Source of the DNA: a bacterium | Lineage (GTDB): Bacteria; Electryoneota; Electryoneia; Electryoneales; Electryoneaceae | NCBI GenBank assembly: GCA_963669175.1 | Contig: OY769902.1 | Coordinates: 448,001-512,000 of the forward strand | Length of the DNA stretch: 64,000 bases | Direction: 5' to 3' | Shown: piece by piece, positions 1 to 10,428 of the stretch | Position numbering within the stretch: position 1 is the stretch's first letter | Layout of the letters: each line of letters starts with the position of its first letter | The notes under the pieces: model-generated | The model's input: the letters and a program-made list of their open reading frames with translations, nothing else | What the model was told of the DNA's origin: nothing | Databases searched by the model: none | Translations under genes and position numbers: made by a program

Positions 1-3000
1 CCTCTTTTCCGGACGACTCTGTCTGCTGGGTAACATTGTTACTCGGAATCACCCAGACATAGGAATTCCAGTCCAGAACGCCCGTACCGATGCTTTCCAG
101 ATCAAATGATGTACTGCCGGTTGAATCAGCTTGATTGTTCAGGTTGACAATCACTTCCAGGGTCGATGTATTGATTTCACCGTCAGGGAAGACCAATGGA
201 CGACCGGACTGGTTGGTGAAGTTGATTTCCAGGGTGTCGCCATCCAGGAATTCAATTTCTGTTACCTCGCCAGTCCAGTAACAAGGATACTCAACAAGGA
301 TATCCAAGGTATCATCTGCCGGGATGCCACGCAGGAAATAATATCCTGTCGCATCCGTATAGGTACCCAGCGTTGGGTAGTCGCTTATGTATACAAAGGC
401 ATTTTCCATGGGTTCATCATCCGCATCCATGACTACGCCTGTAAAGCATCCGCGCGCCAAACCGTAGACGCCCCAAAGTTCAAAATCGTCAATGGCAACG
501 CCGTAGTAGCCATTCTGCCAATCACTGGATCCATGGTGGAAGCGGAGGTAGAATGAATCAGCCTCTGCAACGTAGTTCGTCAGGTCGTAAATCATCCGTT
601 CCCAGCCAGCGCCTTCATTGGGTTGGGTCCAACCTGGTTCATTCATAAACCAGAGGTTTTCGTAGTTGTAGCCACCAACTGGCTGAATGATCTCCCACGA
701 ATTACCTTCGTCGGTAGAACACTGCAGGTTGTAGCCACCATCTCCCCAGGCATAGTCACGCCAGTGCTTGTACATAAGCAGGACGCTGGTTTCGCCCGTA
801 GCTGCCCAACCATGCTGGCTGGTCAGGTACTCATCTTCATTGGTGTTATAGGGGCCAGTCAGGGTTGTAGCGAATACATAATCGCCGTCTAACGCACTCC
901 CCGGGCCTCCAGTTGGTTCACCAAGCTGCCAAGCTGTGCCGTCATCGTTGAACGGTTGGTCCTGCTGAACTTGCTGATCCGGCTCAAAGCTTGTCCAGTA
1001 CGGGGCGTTACCGATGCGTATCAAGTTGAAACCATCATCCCCGCGCACATCTGCCGCCATGGAGAAGTTGGGAACTTCGTCGTAGGCTATGACCTGGTAA
1101 GTATAATAGCCAGCGTCCGTAACTTCGTCGTCGTAGGAAGTTGCGTTCGGCCCCAGGTCTGCAATCTGGACACCGTCACGGTAAAGCAGATAACCTTCCA
1201 GGTCAACAATATCAGTACCGTCTTCGTTTGTCGTGACTGCATCCCATGTCACAGTCGCTTCCAGACGGTCATGATCAATGTCACCCATCCCAGCGTTGCC
1301 GGGTGATGCCGGTGGCATGTAGAACCAGGTATCCACATCATCAGTCGGGTCGGATTCGATGTCTTCACCGTGTTCAACATTCAGTGCTGTAACCCGGTAA
1401 TAAACATGTTGTCCTGCGTCGCCTGTAATATCACTTTCGTACTGACTACCGTACTCGATGAGGTAAGGAATCTCATCTTCTGTTACGACATCTTCGTTAA
1501 CCTGTTCCCAGTTCGTGCCGTCAGTGGACTTGTAGAAGTAGTAACCGGTAAACTCGTCCAGTTCACCGCCACCCGTCAGACCGGCACGAGAATAGACACC
1601 GGGACGCAGATGGTTAGGACCATCATGCATATTGTTGGAAACACCCATGCCGTTGTTGGCATTTACAGGGAAGGTCGCCATGTCACGATTGTATTCCAGT
1701 GGATTCTGGGGGAAGTCCGGCGCAGCAGCCACTTCCTGATTGGCGTTGAATGCCAGCACCCAGGCACGGAACATCGGGTCGCCACCCATCCAATAGTCCC
1801 AACCATCCTCCCAGCCATTGTCTGTGCAATAGAGGTGGGAAAAACCATCATCCATTTCACCATCAGCGCAGATGGCTTCGGAGGTGTTGTGACCCGGCAC
1901 AACATACAGACCGATCCAGAATGTGCCATCGATCAGTACGGCTGGCTCGTAAATGGCCCAGGGTTCGTCCGCAGAAGTCGTAATCTCTTCGGAAGTGTAC
2001 AGCAATTCTCCGGGCAGGTTGTTGTCACCATTGGCCCAGACCATGCATACCACGGGATCATGTTCACCATCCGGCCACGGACCTGGCTGGTAATTTTCGT
2101 CGTCTTCATGGGTAAGCCTGATCTCACCCTGTAACAGGATACCTTCACCATCGATGGTGTAGGGAACCGCCCAGTTCATGTCTTCAGAGTTTGGCGTCCA
2201 GTAGGTGGCGTTCATCATCTCGCCATCATCGTAACTCATGTACATCAGGGTGCCAACAAATCCTGGAGGCATGACGTTTACACTGACTCCATTATCATAA
2301 TACTGATCTTCTGAAATCAGCACCGGCGGTGTTTCCGGTGATACCCAGTTCATCACCACATCTTGCGTGATGTAATAGCTGTCATGACCAAAGGCCAAAT
2401 CAGTGTGATCTGTATTCGGGTCACACTGGTTGGCAACTACTTCCAGGTCGAATGTACGGCTACAATCCAGAACTCTCAGGAACTCGTACCAGCCTGTTGC
2501 GTCTGACGTTTCGGTATATTCAACACCTTCACTGTCTGTCAGAGTCAGCATGGCGTTTTCTACAATACCGCCATCTTCATCCGTGACAGTACCCTGAATT
2601 GTTCCCAGCGGCTCAAGGTCAAAATCAGCCGTAATGAAGTACTCGTCTTCAGCAAACGTATACCCATCATCCGTCTGATCCACGTACCCGACGCAGCGCA
2701 TCGAGATGCTGTGTTCATCATCGAGATCGAATTCACGCACGAATTCGTAGTATCCCTCTTCGTCCGTGGTACGATCCCACCTTTCACCGTCAGAACTCTC
2801 AACCGTGACAGTAGCATTCGGGACGGGATTGCCGTTGGCCAGGTTCAGGATGGTACCGGAAATTGTACCGGCAGGAAGAAGTTCCATGTCCACTGTGGTG
2901 TCAAACTCTTCACCTTCAATGGTAACGTCTTCGTAGGTTTCCGAACTATAACCAGTGGCTGAGAAAGTCAGATCCCAGGGGCCTGCATCACGGTCAACCA

Positions 3001-5500
3001 AAACCGTGTAGAAACCATTTTCATCTGTAGAAGCGCCCCAGACTTCGCCATCGGCGTCATGTGCCATCACGGAACCACCGACAACTGGGTCGCCAGTGAT
3101 CAAGTCTGTGACTACACCGTTGATGCCACCCCAATCCCAATCGGGAGAACGGAAAGCAATGCCACACCCATCCGTAATATTTTCAATAGGATAGGTAAAA
3201 GCAACATCACCATCACCGTTTTCAATACCGATTCCGTTGGAGTTGTTCGCCGTCCAGTTGTCGGCTTCCTGGTATTGAATCCTTATCGATCCGGATTCAC
3301 AATCGAGAATGGCTTCCAGCGAAAAACGGTAATCCGGATAGCCAAGAGGATAGAAATAGTACTGGATGACTACCCGGTCGTTTTCTTCATCCACAAGGTA
3401 CCAGATCCCCATGCCATCACCTGTCTCACCGCAGTGATGGTCACCATCCAGCACACAAACAGTCGCGTTCGGTAAATCTGCGCCGGGGAGTTCTACCCAG
3501 ATGTTGCCCCATTCCGGTTCAAGGAAGCAGAACCAGCCATTGGAACAGACCCAGAAGCTGGAGTATTCTTCGCCAAAGAACTCGAAACTCAGGGGGGCAA
3601 TACTCAGTTCACCACTAAGTTCATCATCACCAAATCCTAATCCCAGGGTGCCATCGCCACCATTATCCGGGATAATTTCAATCCACTCAAAACCGGCATC
3701 GCCAACAATGTAAAGATCACCTGTCGGCAACGGTCTGGCTGAAAGTGTATCGGTAAACACCAGGTAGTCGTCGCCATACCCGTAGTCGGCTGCAACAGCA
3801 ACACTGTAAAGGCTGCCGTTTGCAAGATCACCAAAGGTATAGCTTGTCCCTGTAATAGCCCGATCCGTTAACATTGACATACCGTTAGGATAAATCAATT
3901 TGCAACGGTAGCCGATGAAATCACTAATATCGTCCAGCTCATCCCCATTCTCTTCAGCACGAATCATCGCGTTCTGAAGGTTCTGAAGCTGGAATTTGCG
4001 TTGTTCCAGGTCTGCAATCTTGGCCAACTCTCTCGCATTACCATGCTGTTGAACAGTGGCGATCGCACGATCAAGCGCTTCAATCTGATCTGTAAGCATC
4101 GCAACTTCTTCAACCGGATGGTTTGTCGGGGGTTCCCAGTTCAGGGTCAGCTCTTCACTGCCTACGCTGATCGTAAAGGAAGTAGGCGCCAGAACCTCGT
4201 TGGCGTACAGCTCAATCGGCATCGTTTCAGCAGACACCTCTGTGCCAACGTAACGAGTCAAATGGTAACCTTCTGATCCTGCCGGATCAAAAGCCATTGT
4301 AATCAGGTAGGTTCCTGTCGGCTGATCACCGAAATCAAACGCGCCGTTGGCATCTGTTTCCGTGGAGATATCCAACACTGGAATGCTGACAGTGATGCCT
4401 TCAACCGGAGTATCCGGTGTATCGGCCGAATAGACTGTACCGCTGATTTGAACTTCGCCGGCGTTCGTCTGAAGGGTGAAGTTCTGATCTGTGGTGTCAT
4501 CGGCAAGAACCGTAAGTTCTGTCACCGTACTGGTCAGGTAACCAGGGGCGAAGGCCGTAACTGTGTAGGTTCCTTCCAACAGAGTTTCTGCAACGATGTA
4601 TTCACCGTCTTCATCTGTATAAACGGTAGCCATCCACTCATCGTTTGCTTCGTTCCAGACCGTTACTTCTGCACCAGGAACAACCAGATCGTTCGTGTTC
4701 GCAACCCACCCCATCAGGGTTCCCCAGGTCGGGTGGAAGGCTGCATAGGTGATGGTATTCGGCAGAATATAGTCGCCGGGATTACCATTGCCCCACAAGA
4801 AGGATGTGGTGTTGGTGCAAACGATCACATGACCGCGCCCGTGATCGTACTCAAGCAGTACCGGCAAGTCGCCGCCCTCATCATAAGCAATAATGATATG
4901 AGCGTCATCCGGGTAGTCAACGATCGTACCGTGGTTGGCCGAGTTGCCTTCCGGGTTGACCTGTTCAAAAGTAATCGGATGTTGATCATCAATGATGTAG
5001 TTCATTTCACCGTAATTATTGGTATTGTAGGTTGTGCCATCCCACAGTTCCCAATAGGGGTTATGGCTGTTGTTGGCGCCAAGCATCACAAACCAGCCAC
5101 CGTCATCAACATAGGCTTCAATCTGGTCCATGGCGCCATTCAGGTTGACGTAAAAATCATCCCATTGGCAGTCGTTGGTGAAAACCGCCATGTACTGATC
5201 CAGATCTGTGTCCGCAAGATCTACTGAGTTGATGATGTCATACGTTATGTCTTCGATACTTTCCAGCAATGGCGTTATATCGGACCAGCCGATTCCATCG
5301 CTGATAAAAGCGATATGCGATTCATCAAGCTCGCTGATGCGAGTCTCCATAGGAACCCAGGGAACAGGATCTGTCGATCTTACTCCTGTTTCCTCTGCTC
5401 CTGAAAGCATCTGCCCGGATAGCTGGTTTTGTGCGAAGGCATACGGACTTAGCACAAGCAACATTCCCAGCAGCAACAATACATAACGGTCGCATCTCAT
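1..5500 (-). CDS. Very large secreted multidomain surface protein, partial (>1830 aa, runs off the left edge): signal peptide, propeptide, GATase-like alpha/beta domain, carboxypeptidase-regulatory-like repeats, FN3 domains, nidogen-like and cleaved-adhesin-like domains
   Basis: Not in the ORF track because it has no stop in the window. ATG at 5500 with RBS AAGGAG upstream; MRCDRYVLLLLGMLLVLSPYAFA signal peptide. The same frame reads open where I spot-checked (5321, 3929, 2108, 2). Motifs include LNWEPP...FIGYR (FN3), FEFFGEEYSSFWVCSNGW and GVAIDDFEL. Confidence 0.88.
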   Translation of the reverse strand, partial: MRCDRYVLLLLGMLLVLSPYAFAQNQLSGQMLSGAEETGVRSTDPVPWVPMETRISELDESHIAFISDGIGWSDITPLLESIEDITYDIINSVDLADTDLDQYMAVFTNDCQWDDFYVNLNGAMDQIEAYVDDGGWFVMLGANNSHNPYWELWDGTTYNTNNYGEMNYIIDDQHPITFEQVNPEGNSANHGTIVDYPDDAHIIIAYDEGGDLPVLLEYDHGRGHVIVCTNTTSFLWGNGNPGDYILPNTITYAAFHPTWGTLMGWVANTNDLVVPGAEVTVWNEANDEWMATVYTDEDGEYIVAETLLEGTYTVTAFAPGYLTSTVTELTVLADDTTDQNFTLQTNAGEVQISGTVYSADTPDTPVEGITVSIPVLDISTETDANGAFDFGDQPTGTYLITMAFDPAGSEGYHLTRYVGTEVSAETMPIELYANEVLAPTSFTISVGSEELTLNWEPPTNHPVEEVAMLTDQIEALDRAIATVQQHGNARELAKIADLEQRKFQLQNLQNAMIRAEENGDELDDISDFIGYRCKLIYPNGMSMLTDRAITGTSYTFGDLANGSLYSVAVAADYGYGDDYLVFTDTLSARPLPTGDLYIVGDAGFEWIEIIPDNGGDGTLGLGFGDDELSGELSIAPLSFEFFGEEYSSFWVCSNGWFCFLEPEWGNIWVELPGADLPNATVCVLDGDHHCGETGDGMGIWYLVDEENDRVVIQYYFYPLGYPDYRFSLEAILDCESGSIRIQYQEADNWTANNSNGIGIENGDGDVAFTYPIENITDGCGIAFRSPDWDWGGINGVVTDLITGDPVVGGSVMAHDADGEVWGASTDENGFYTVLVDRDAGPWDLTFSATGYSSETYEDVTIEGEEFDTTVDMELLPAGTISGTILNLANGNPVPNATVTVESSDGERWDRTTDEEGYYEFVREFDLDDEHSISMRCVGYVDQTDDGYTFAEDEYFITADFDLEPLGTIQGTVTDEDGGIVENAMLTLTDSEGVEYTETSDATGWYEFLRVLDCSRTFDLEVVANQCDPNTDHTDLAFGHDSYYITQDVVMNWVSPETPPVLISEDQYYDNGVSVNVMPPGFVGTLMYMSYDDGEMMNATYWTPNSEDMNWAVPYTIDGEGILLQGEIRLTHEDDENYQPGPWPDGEHDPVVCMVWANGDNNLPGELLYTSEEITTSADEPWAIYEPAVLIDGTFWIGLYVVPGHNTSEAICADGEMDDGFSHLYCTDNGWEDGWDYWMGGDPMFRAWVLAFNANQEVAAAPDFPQNPLEYNRDMATFPVNANNGMGVSNNMHDGPNHLRPGVYSRAGLTGGGELDEFTGYYFYKSTDGTNWEQVNEDVVTEDEIPYLIEYGSQYESDITGDAGQHVYYRVTALNVEHGEDIESDPTDDVDTWFYMPPASPGNAGMGDIDHDRLEATVTWDAVTTNEDGTDIVDLEGYLLYRDGVQIADLGPNATSYDDEVTDAGYYTYQVIAYDEVPNFSMAADVRGDDGFNLIRIGNAPYWTSFEPDQQVQQDQPFNDDGTAWQLGEPTGGPGSALDGDYVFATTLTGPYNTNEDEYLTSQHGWAATGETSVLLMYKHWRDYAWGDGGYNLQCSTDEGNSWEIIQPVGGYNYENLWFMNEPGWTQPNEGAGWERMIYDLTNYVAEADSFYLRFHHGSSDWQNGYYGVAIDDFELWGVYGLARGCFTGVVMDADDEPMENAFVYISDYPTLGTYTDATGYYFLRGIPADDTLDILVEYPCYWTGEVTEIEFLDGDTLEINFTNQSGRPLVFPDGEINTSTLEVIVNLNNQADSTGSTSFDLESIGTGVLDWNSYVWVIPSNNVTQQTESSGKE

Positions 5501-6012
5501 GTAACTACTCTCCTTGTACGTAACACGTTGCTGTAGGTGGATCAGAACTTGGCTGGTAAACGATAGTTTGCTGGCAGGTAGCAACTCCGTTAACCCGTGC
5601 TTGTTACCATCGCCTGTTCAGGAGGACTGACGGGTTGGAGTTGTCTTTGGTATTCCTTTTAGGTGAGTATATGTTGTGTCGCTTTAAAACCCATCGACTC
5701 CGAATCCTCCCACCCATTTGTTAAGAATGAGGATTCAACTACACAACATGTGTAACTCAAGCCTGGGACAACTTCACAGCATCTGTCTGTCAAGAACAGG
5801 AGAATATCAAAAAAGTCGCGTAGAAAAAGTGAATCGGTTTTCTCCCCGTTATTAAACTAGAGTAGTTTCATTTCAAGAAACAAGTGCCCTCGGAGTCACC
5901 AATAAGATTGTTATACCACAACTTATGAAATTTGGCGTAAAGTTTGTTACCCTGCAAAAGAGTCCCAAATATTGCAATTTTTATTTCTTTGTTCAAAATT
6001 CACTTCATTATT

Positions 6013-7353
6013 TCACTTGAATAATTGCACTCTTCTGAACTCATCCTGGTTTTCCTGATCAGGCCCTGTATACCTAAGCTCCTGCGTTTCCATACACAGT
6101 TCTAACACTTCTTGCGTGAAAATATTGTAGAATTGATCCTTGTTCTGTTCCAGAAAAGCGCCTACTTCGTCCGGAGTCATAGCTGCCTGCCTGATCGCGG
6201 CCTTTGCTTTAACCAGAAGCAGGAAACCATTCAGATCAAACCCGGTATACGTATAGTAATCGACAATAGCCTGTGCGCTTTCAAGCTGCATGGCGCCAAC
6301 GATGTTGCGTATACGGTCAAGAACACAGACATGCGCCAGTTCCATATCTTTCTGCTGCATGTATTCCGGACCGGAAAGCTCGGACAGATCCGCTATCGTA
6401 GCGTGGGATTCTGCAACAAGGTTTGCCGTAGCATTCTTCTTCCACACCAACCTTATCCAGAATGACCGGTTGTTGGCAGATTCCAGCGTATTCACAGGAA
6501 TCCATCCCTCAGTGATCAACGCTTTCCGTAAAGAGTATTCTTCAGGCGTGAGCAACGGAAGATTTTCAATAAAAGTCACCAGCTCCGGCGACGGTTCTTC
6601 CTGCACATTCAGGAGGACATCGATTACCTGCAAGCTTCGATGCAGGTACACAGTGCCATACAATGCCAGCAGCATGTAATCAGCATGCCGCCTCAGCATT
6701 CTCCCCAGCGCCAGGTCCGCACCCAGCATTTCCAGCGCCTCATCGTGATTACCACGGTCATACAATTGCACAACATGGGCTAATCGCAGGGACTGGTAGC
6801 GAAGCAAGGGCACATGTGTGGGCCAGGTTGTCAGGTTCAGAGCAATAACCGGGGTTGCATAGTTGGAATAGCTGGACAGTTTTTCATAGCGTTCTGTGAG
6901 AAATCCTGATGCCTGGTATAAAGCCTCTATTTCACCAGCACGATTCCGAATGATGTCCACTGTGCTGTCACTGGAGAAAAAGGGAATAATTACTTTAATG
7001 CTGTCAAGAATACCTGCTTGTGGCAACGGTTCAATCTGTACAAAGGCCGTATCGCCAGCGATCAACTGTCGCAGCCGGTTATTCTCCTCTTCAACCCACC
7101 GGCTTGACTGTTCAATCGGGGCCATGCCATCCGGAACGCCAAAACCATTGATCAGGAAAAAAGCATTCTGGTCCGGGGCGAGAGTAACTTCCCAAGGCTG
7201 TCCGAACCATTCCTGCGCAAGTTCTGTCTTCGATGCATCTGTAAATCCCAGGAAAGCAAATACGGCTAACAGGACAACAATAACTGTTAAAATGATAACC
7301 AGTATTTTCTTTTTCTTTGATCCCGGTGTATCCACGGCTCCGTCTGCCTGCAT
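6013..7353 (-). CDS. Hypothetical membrane-anchored, helical periplasmic protein
   Basis: 446-aa ORF; KKKK followed by a hydrophobic N-terminal helix; GGGGAG RBS; no recognisable catalytic motif. Confidence 0.75.
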   Translation of the reverse strand: MQADGAVDTPGSKKKKILVIILTVIVVLLAVFAFLGFTDASKTELAQEWFGQPWEVTLAPDQNAFFLINGFGVPDGMAPIEQSSRWVEEENNRLRQLIAGDTAFVQIEPLPQAGILDSIKVIIPFFSSDSTVDIIRNRAGEIEALYQASGFLTERYEKLSSYSNYATPVIALNLTTWPTHVPLLRYQSLRLAHVVQLYDRGNHDEALEMLGADLALGRMLRRHADYMLLALYGTVYLHRSLQVIDVLLNVQEEPSPELVTFIENLPLLTPEEYSLRKALITEGWIPVNTLESANNRSFWIRLVWKKNATANLVAESHATIADLSELSGPEYMQQKDMELAHVCVLDRIRNIVGAMQLESAQAIVDYYTYTGFDLNGFLLLVKAKAAIRQAAMTPDEVGAFLEQNKDQFYNIFTQEVLELCMETQELRYTGPDQENQDEFRRVQLFK

Positions 7354-7416
7354 CGCTCTCCCCCTTCATGATGTCGGGAATTACCGGTCAATGACACTAT
7401 TTCATCTGTTAAGAGC

Positions 7417-7445
7417 AAAACAGCCCGAACCAGTGTCCGGGCTGT
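7417..7445 (-). terminator. Intrinsic terminator after tnaA
   Basis: CAGCCCG...CGGGCTG stem followed by a T-run on the minus strand. Confidence 0.6.
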
Positions 7446-7471
7446 CAGAATGTATCAGGTTTGCTACAAAA

Positions 7472-8860
7472 TCAACCTTCAATCCACTCGAACCGTGCCC
7501 GGAAATGACGCAGCACATTCGGCTCATAGGTGAACCGCAATCCCTTGATCGTCTCTCTGCGGTTGTACAGGTTGATCAGGCTTTGGCGTACATAAGCAAG
7601 ATGATTGTCCGTATAAACACGACGTGGAATTGTAAGACGCATCAATTCCAATGCCGGAGGACGGTTTTTTCCGGTATCAGGATCACGATCTGCCAACACG
7701 GTCCCGATCTCCACCGCACGCACACCGCTTTCAAGGTACAATTCACATACTAATGCCTGGGCCGGGAATTGTTCCTGATCAATGTTTGGCAGAAAACGCT
7801 TCGCATCAACATATATTGCGTGGCCTCCCGGCGGACGCATAATGGGGATGCCTGCTTCTGAAAGGGAATCGCCGAAACGCTTGATCTGGCCGATTCGAGC
7901 CGTAAGGTACGCCTCATCGCATCCTTCGACCAGCCCCGTAGCCAACGCTTCCATATCCCGCCCGGAAAGACCACCATAGGTGATGTAGCCTTCGAAAAGG
8001 ATATTCATTTCACAGCAACGGTCATACAGATCCTTGTCACGAAGCGCAATAAAGCCGCCAATATTTACAATAGCGTCTTTCTTGGCGCTCATCGTGCAGC
8101 CATCTGCAGCAGCGAATACGTCCCGCACGATCTGGCGAATGCTGCGGTTCTTCTGGCTGGGTTCACGATGTTTGATGAACCAGGCGTTCTCTGCAAAACG
8201 CGCTGCATCAATAAACAACCGCAAGCCATGCGCCCTACAGAAAGCGGATACTTCCTGGATATTCTCCAGGCTGACCGGCTGCCCGCCACCACTGTTGTTG
8301 GTTACTGTGATCAGTACAAAGGGGATGCGCGACTTGTCGTGTTCCGATACAACCTTAGCCAACTTGTCCAAATCAACATTACCCTTGAAGGGATATTCGA
8401 GGGCAGGATCAAAGCATTCATTGATCGTACAGTCGATCGCATGAGCTCTGCGGAACTCGATGTGGGCCTTGGTGGTATCAAAATGGCTGTTACCCGGAAT
8501 AACATCACCCTCACGGATCATGACGGAATGCAGCACATTCTCTGCCGCGCGACCCTGGTGAGTTGGCAGTACATAGGGGAAGCCCATCACATCCCCGACT
8601 GCGTCTTTCAACCTGAAAAAAGAAGGACTGCCGGCATAACTCTCATCGCCTTCCATGATAGAAGCCCATTGAGATTCACTCATGGCTCCTGTCCCGGAAT
8701 CGGTCAACAGATCGATAAAGACTTTTTCCGATGGAATGTTGAAAACGTTTAAGCCAGCTTCGGCAAGCACCCTTTCACGTTCCTCCCGATCAATCAATTT
8801 GATCGGCTCGACCATTTTGATCTTGAACGGTTCAGGTGTAGGTGAACATGTAGGAGTCAT
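7472..8860 (-). CDS. tnaA: Tryptophanase (PLP beta-eliminating lyase)
   Basis: EPFKIKMVEPI, IDLLTDSGT, PTHQGRAAE, MSAKKD (PLP lysine; tyrosine phenol-lyase usually has SGKKD), YGGLSGRDME, LRHFRA. Start moved to the ATG at 8860. Confidence 0.85.
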   Translation of the reverse strand: MTPTCSPTPEPFKIKMVEPIKLIDREERERVLAEAGLNVFNIPSEKVFIDLLTDSGTGAMSESQWASIMEGDESYAGSPSFFRLKDAVGDVMGFPYVLPTHQGRAAENVLHSVMIREGDVIPGNSHFDTTKAHIEFRRAHAIDCTINECFDPALEYPFKGNVDLDKLAKVVSEHDKSRIPFVLITVTNNSGGGQPVSLENIQEVSAFCRAHGLRLFIDAARFAENAWFIKHREPSQKNRSIRQIVRDVFAAADGCTMSAKKDAIVNIGGFIALRDKDLYDRCCEMNILFEGYITYGGLSGRDMEALATGLVEGCDEAYLTARIGQIKRFGDSLSEAGIPIMRPPGGHAIYVDAKRFLPNIDQEQFPAQALVCELYLESGVRAVEIGTVLADRDPDTGKNRPPALELMRLTIPRRVYTDNHLAYVRQSLINLYNRRETIKGLRFTYEPNVLRHFRARFEWIEG

Positions 8861-9234
8861 GGTGCCTTTTCGTATCTTTGCTCTCTTTATCACAAACTTA
8901 TCGAAAGGCTGGCAAGCTGTGAGAGAGCATGTGGGAATCAGGGTTTGCCGGGGAGACTGCAAGAAAAATCCTGATGTTGACTCTTTTACCTCCCCAGATA
9001 AGAAGATAGTGAGAAGCATACGAACGGTCAAGGTAGGGAAACAGGATTAGTCCCGCTTGAAATGCCATACTAACAAAATCCTAACATTAAAAAATAAAGT
9101 ATGTTGCATGGAATTTTCGCTCGAACAGAATCTGTTGACGGGTATAGACTTATCGCATCAAGAGGTATACATTGTCACTTGCTCACAATCGAAGTATCAT
9201 GTATCTTCGAAGGAAAACCAAGGGGAGGTTCTGC

Positions 9235-9696
9235 ATGAGCGAACTTACTGATCCCAAACGCTGGGAAGATGCTGAATTTGAATGGGAAGCAAAAACCTTT
9301 TACACGATTCCCATGAATGTTCTTTTTGGCAAGCCAACAAAATTGTTCGAAAATGTTCAACAGTTGCGCGCCGAGATTGATTCCAAAGGATATATAATTA
9401 AACCCGAATCCATGCTGTTGATGGAAGTCGAATTTCTCAAGGGCAAGCTGCATATTGAGATCCAGAAACCGCGTGAGTACGATGCCAATGTAAGCACCCT
9501 GGAGAAAAGTAAACTGTTTTCGGCTGTGCATGAAGGTCCGATCAAGACCATCAAGAATACAGCCAAAGCGCTCCAGTCAAAGGTGCAAGGCGCCAAAGGT
9601 GTAGCGCCTACTACGACGTATTACTGGGACTTTCGTCACGGTCCGGACTTTGCCGGGCAACGTGCAGACCGATTTATCGTGTTCTGTAGAGTATAA
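9235..9696 (+). CDS. Hypothetical protein, possibly GyrI-like small-molecule-binding fold
   Basis: GGGGAGG RBS before ATG 9235; FSAVHEGP...YYW pattern. Confidence 0.65.
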   Translation: MSELTDPKRWEDAEFEWEAKTFYTIPMNVLFGKPTKLFENVQQLRAEIDSKGYIIKPESMLLMEVEFLKGKLHIEIQKPREYDANVSTLEKSKLFSAVHEGPIKTIKNTAKALQSKVQGAKGVAPTTTYYWDFRHGPDFAGQRADRFIVFCRV

Positions 9697-9723
9697 AAAA
9701 ATTGTTTCCGTTAGCGTTTTCAT

Positions 9724-9752
9724 AGGCCGGTTATTAAAAACCGGCCTGTTTT
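9724..9752 (+). terminator. Hairpin / intrinsic terminator
   Basis: AGGCCGGTT-ATTAAA-AACCGGCCT followed by GTTTT. Confidence 0.55.
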
Positions 9753-9768
9753 GTCCAGGGGAGGTTGT

Positions 9769-10401
9769 ATGGATGTGTATACTTTCGCTGACAAACAAAT
9801 TGACTGGTTAGGGCATGCCAGTTTCCGTATCCGTGGTTCCAAGACCATCTACATTGATCCCTGGAAACTGGACAACGCCACCAGGGATGGTGATGTCGTT
9901 ATGAGTACCCATTTCCACTACGATCATTACAATGCCGATGATATAAAGAAATGCCTTGCCCCTGGTGGAACTTTACTGCTTCCCGTAGCGGATGGCGGGA
10001 GGGAATTCCCCGATGCACACCGTCTTGCGGCCGGTGAGTTTTTCAAAGAAGACGGAATCGTTGTGCAGGCTATACCTTCTTATAATACCAACAAGAAATT
10101 TCATCCCCAGGAACATGGCGGACTGGGCTATATTGTGGAAGTCGATGGCATCCGTATTTATCACGCCGGTGACACGGACGTCATTGGAGAAATGAAAATG
10201 GTCACTTGCGACATAGTGTTGCTTCCTGTATCCGGAACGTACGTGATGACAGCAGACGAGGCGGTTGAGGCTTTGCGCCTGATCAATCCCGTCACCGCAA
10301 TCCCCATGCACTGGGGAGATATTGTCGGTGAAGAGGAAGACGCCCGGAAATTTGCCGCCTCGGCGCCATGCAAGGTTATCATCAAGGATAACCCTCGATA
10401 A
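9769..10401 (+). CDS. MBL-fold metallo-hydrolase (UPF0173/UlaG-like)
   Basis: WLGHASF, STHFHYDH, YHAGDT, IPMHWG; GGAGG RBS. Confidence 0.9.
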   Translation: MDVYTFADKQIDWLGHASFRIRGSKTIYIDPWKLDNATRDGDVVMSTHFHYDHYNADDIKKCLAPGGTLLLPVADGGREFPDAHRLAAGEFFKEDGIVVQAIPSYNTNKKFHPQEHGGLGYIVEVDGIRIYHAGDTDVIGEMKMVTCDIVLLPVSGTYVMTADEAVEALRLINPVTAIPMHWGDIVGEEEDARKFAASAPCKVIIKDNPR

Positions 10402-10428
10402 AGCTACACATGAATCGATGGAGACAGG

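Noticed and set aside
131-5486. Numerous plus-strand ORFs in the track
   Set aside because: They are antisense shadows of the long minus-strand CDS, with no RBS or recognisable motifs.
5932-5948. Sigma-54-like TTGGCGTAAAGTTTGT
   Set aside because: It lacks the -12 GC and no plus-strand gene follows.
8861-9060. tnaC-like Trp leader peptide
   Set aside because: No short Trp-containing ORF with an RBS is evident; the in-frame extension to 9031 looks non-coding.
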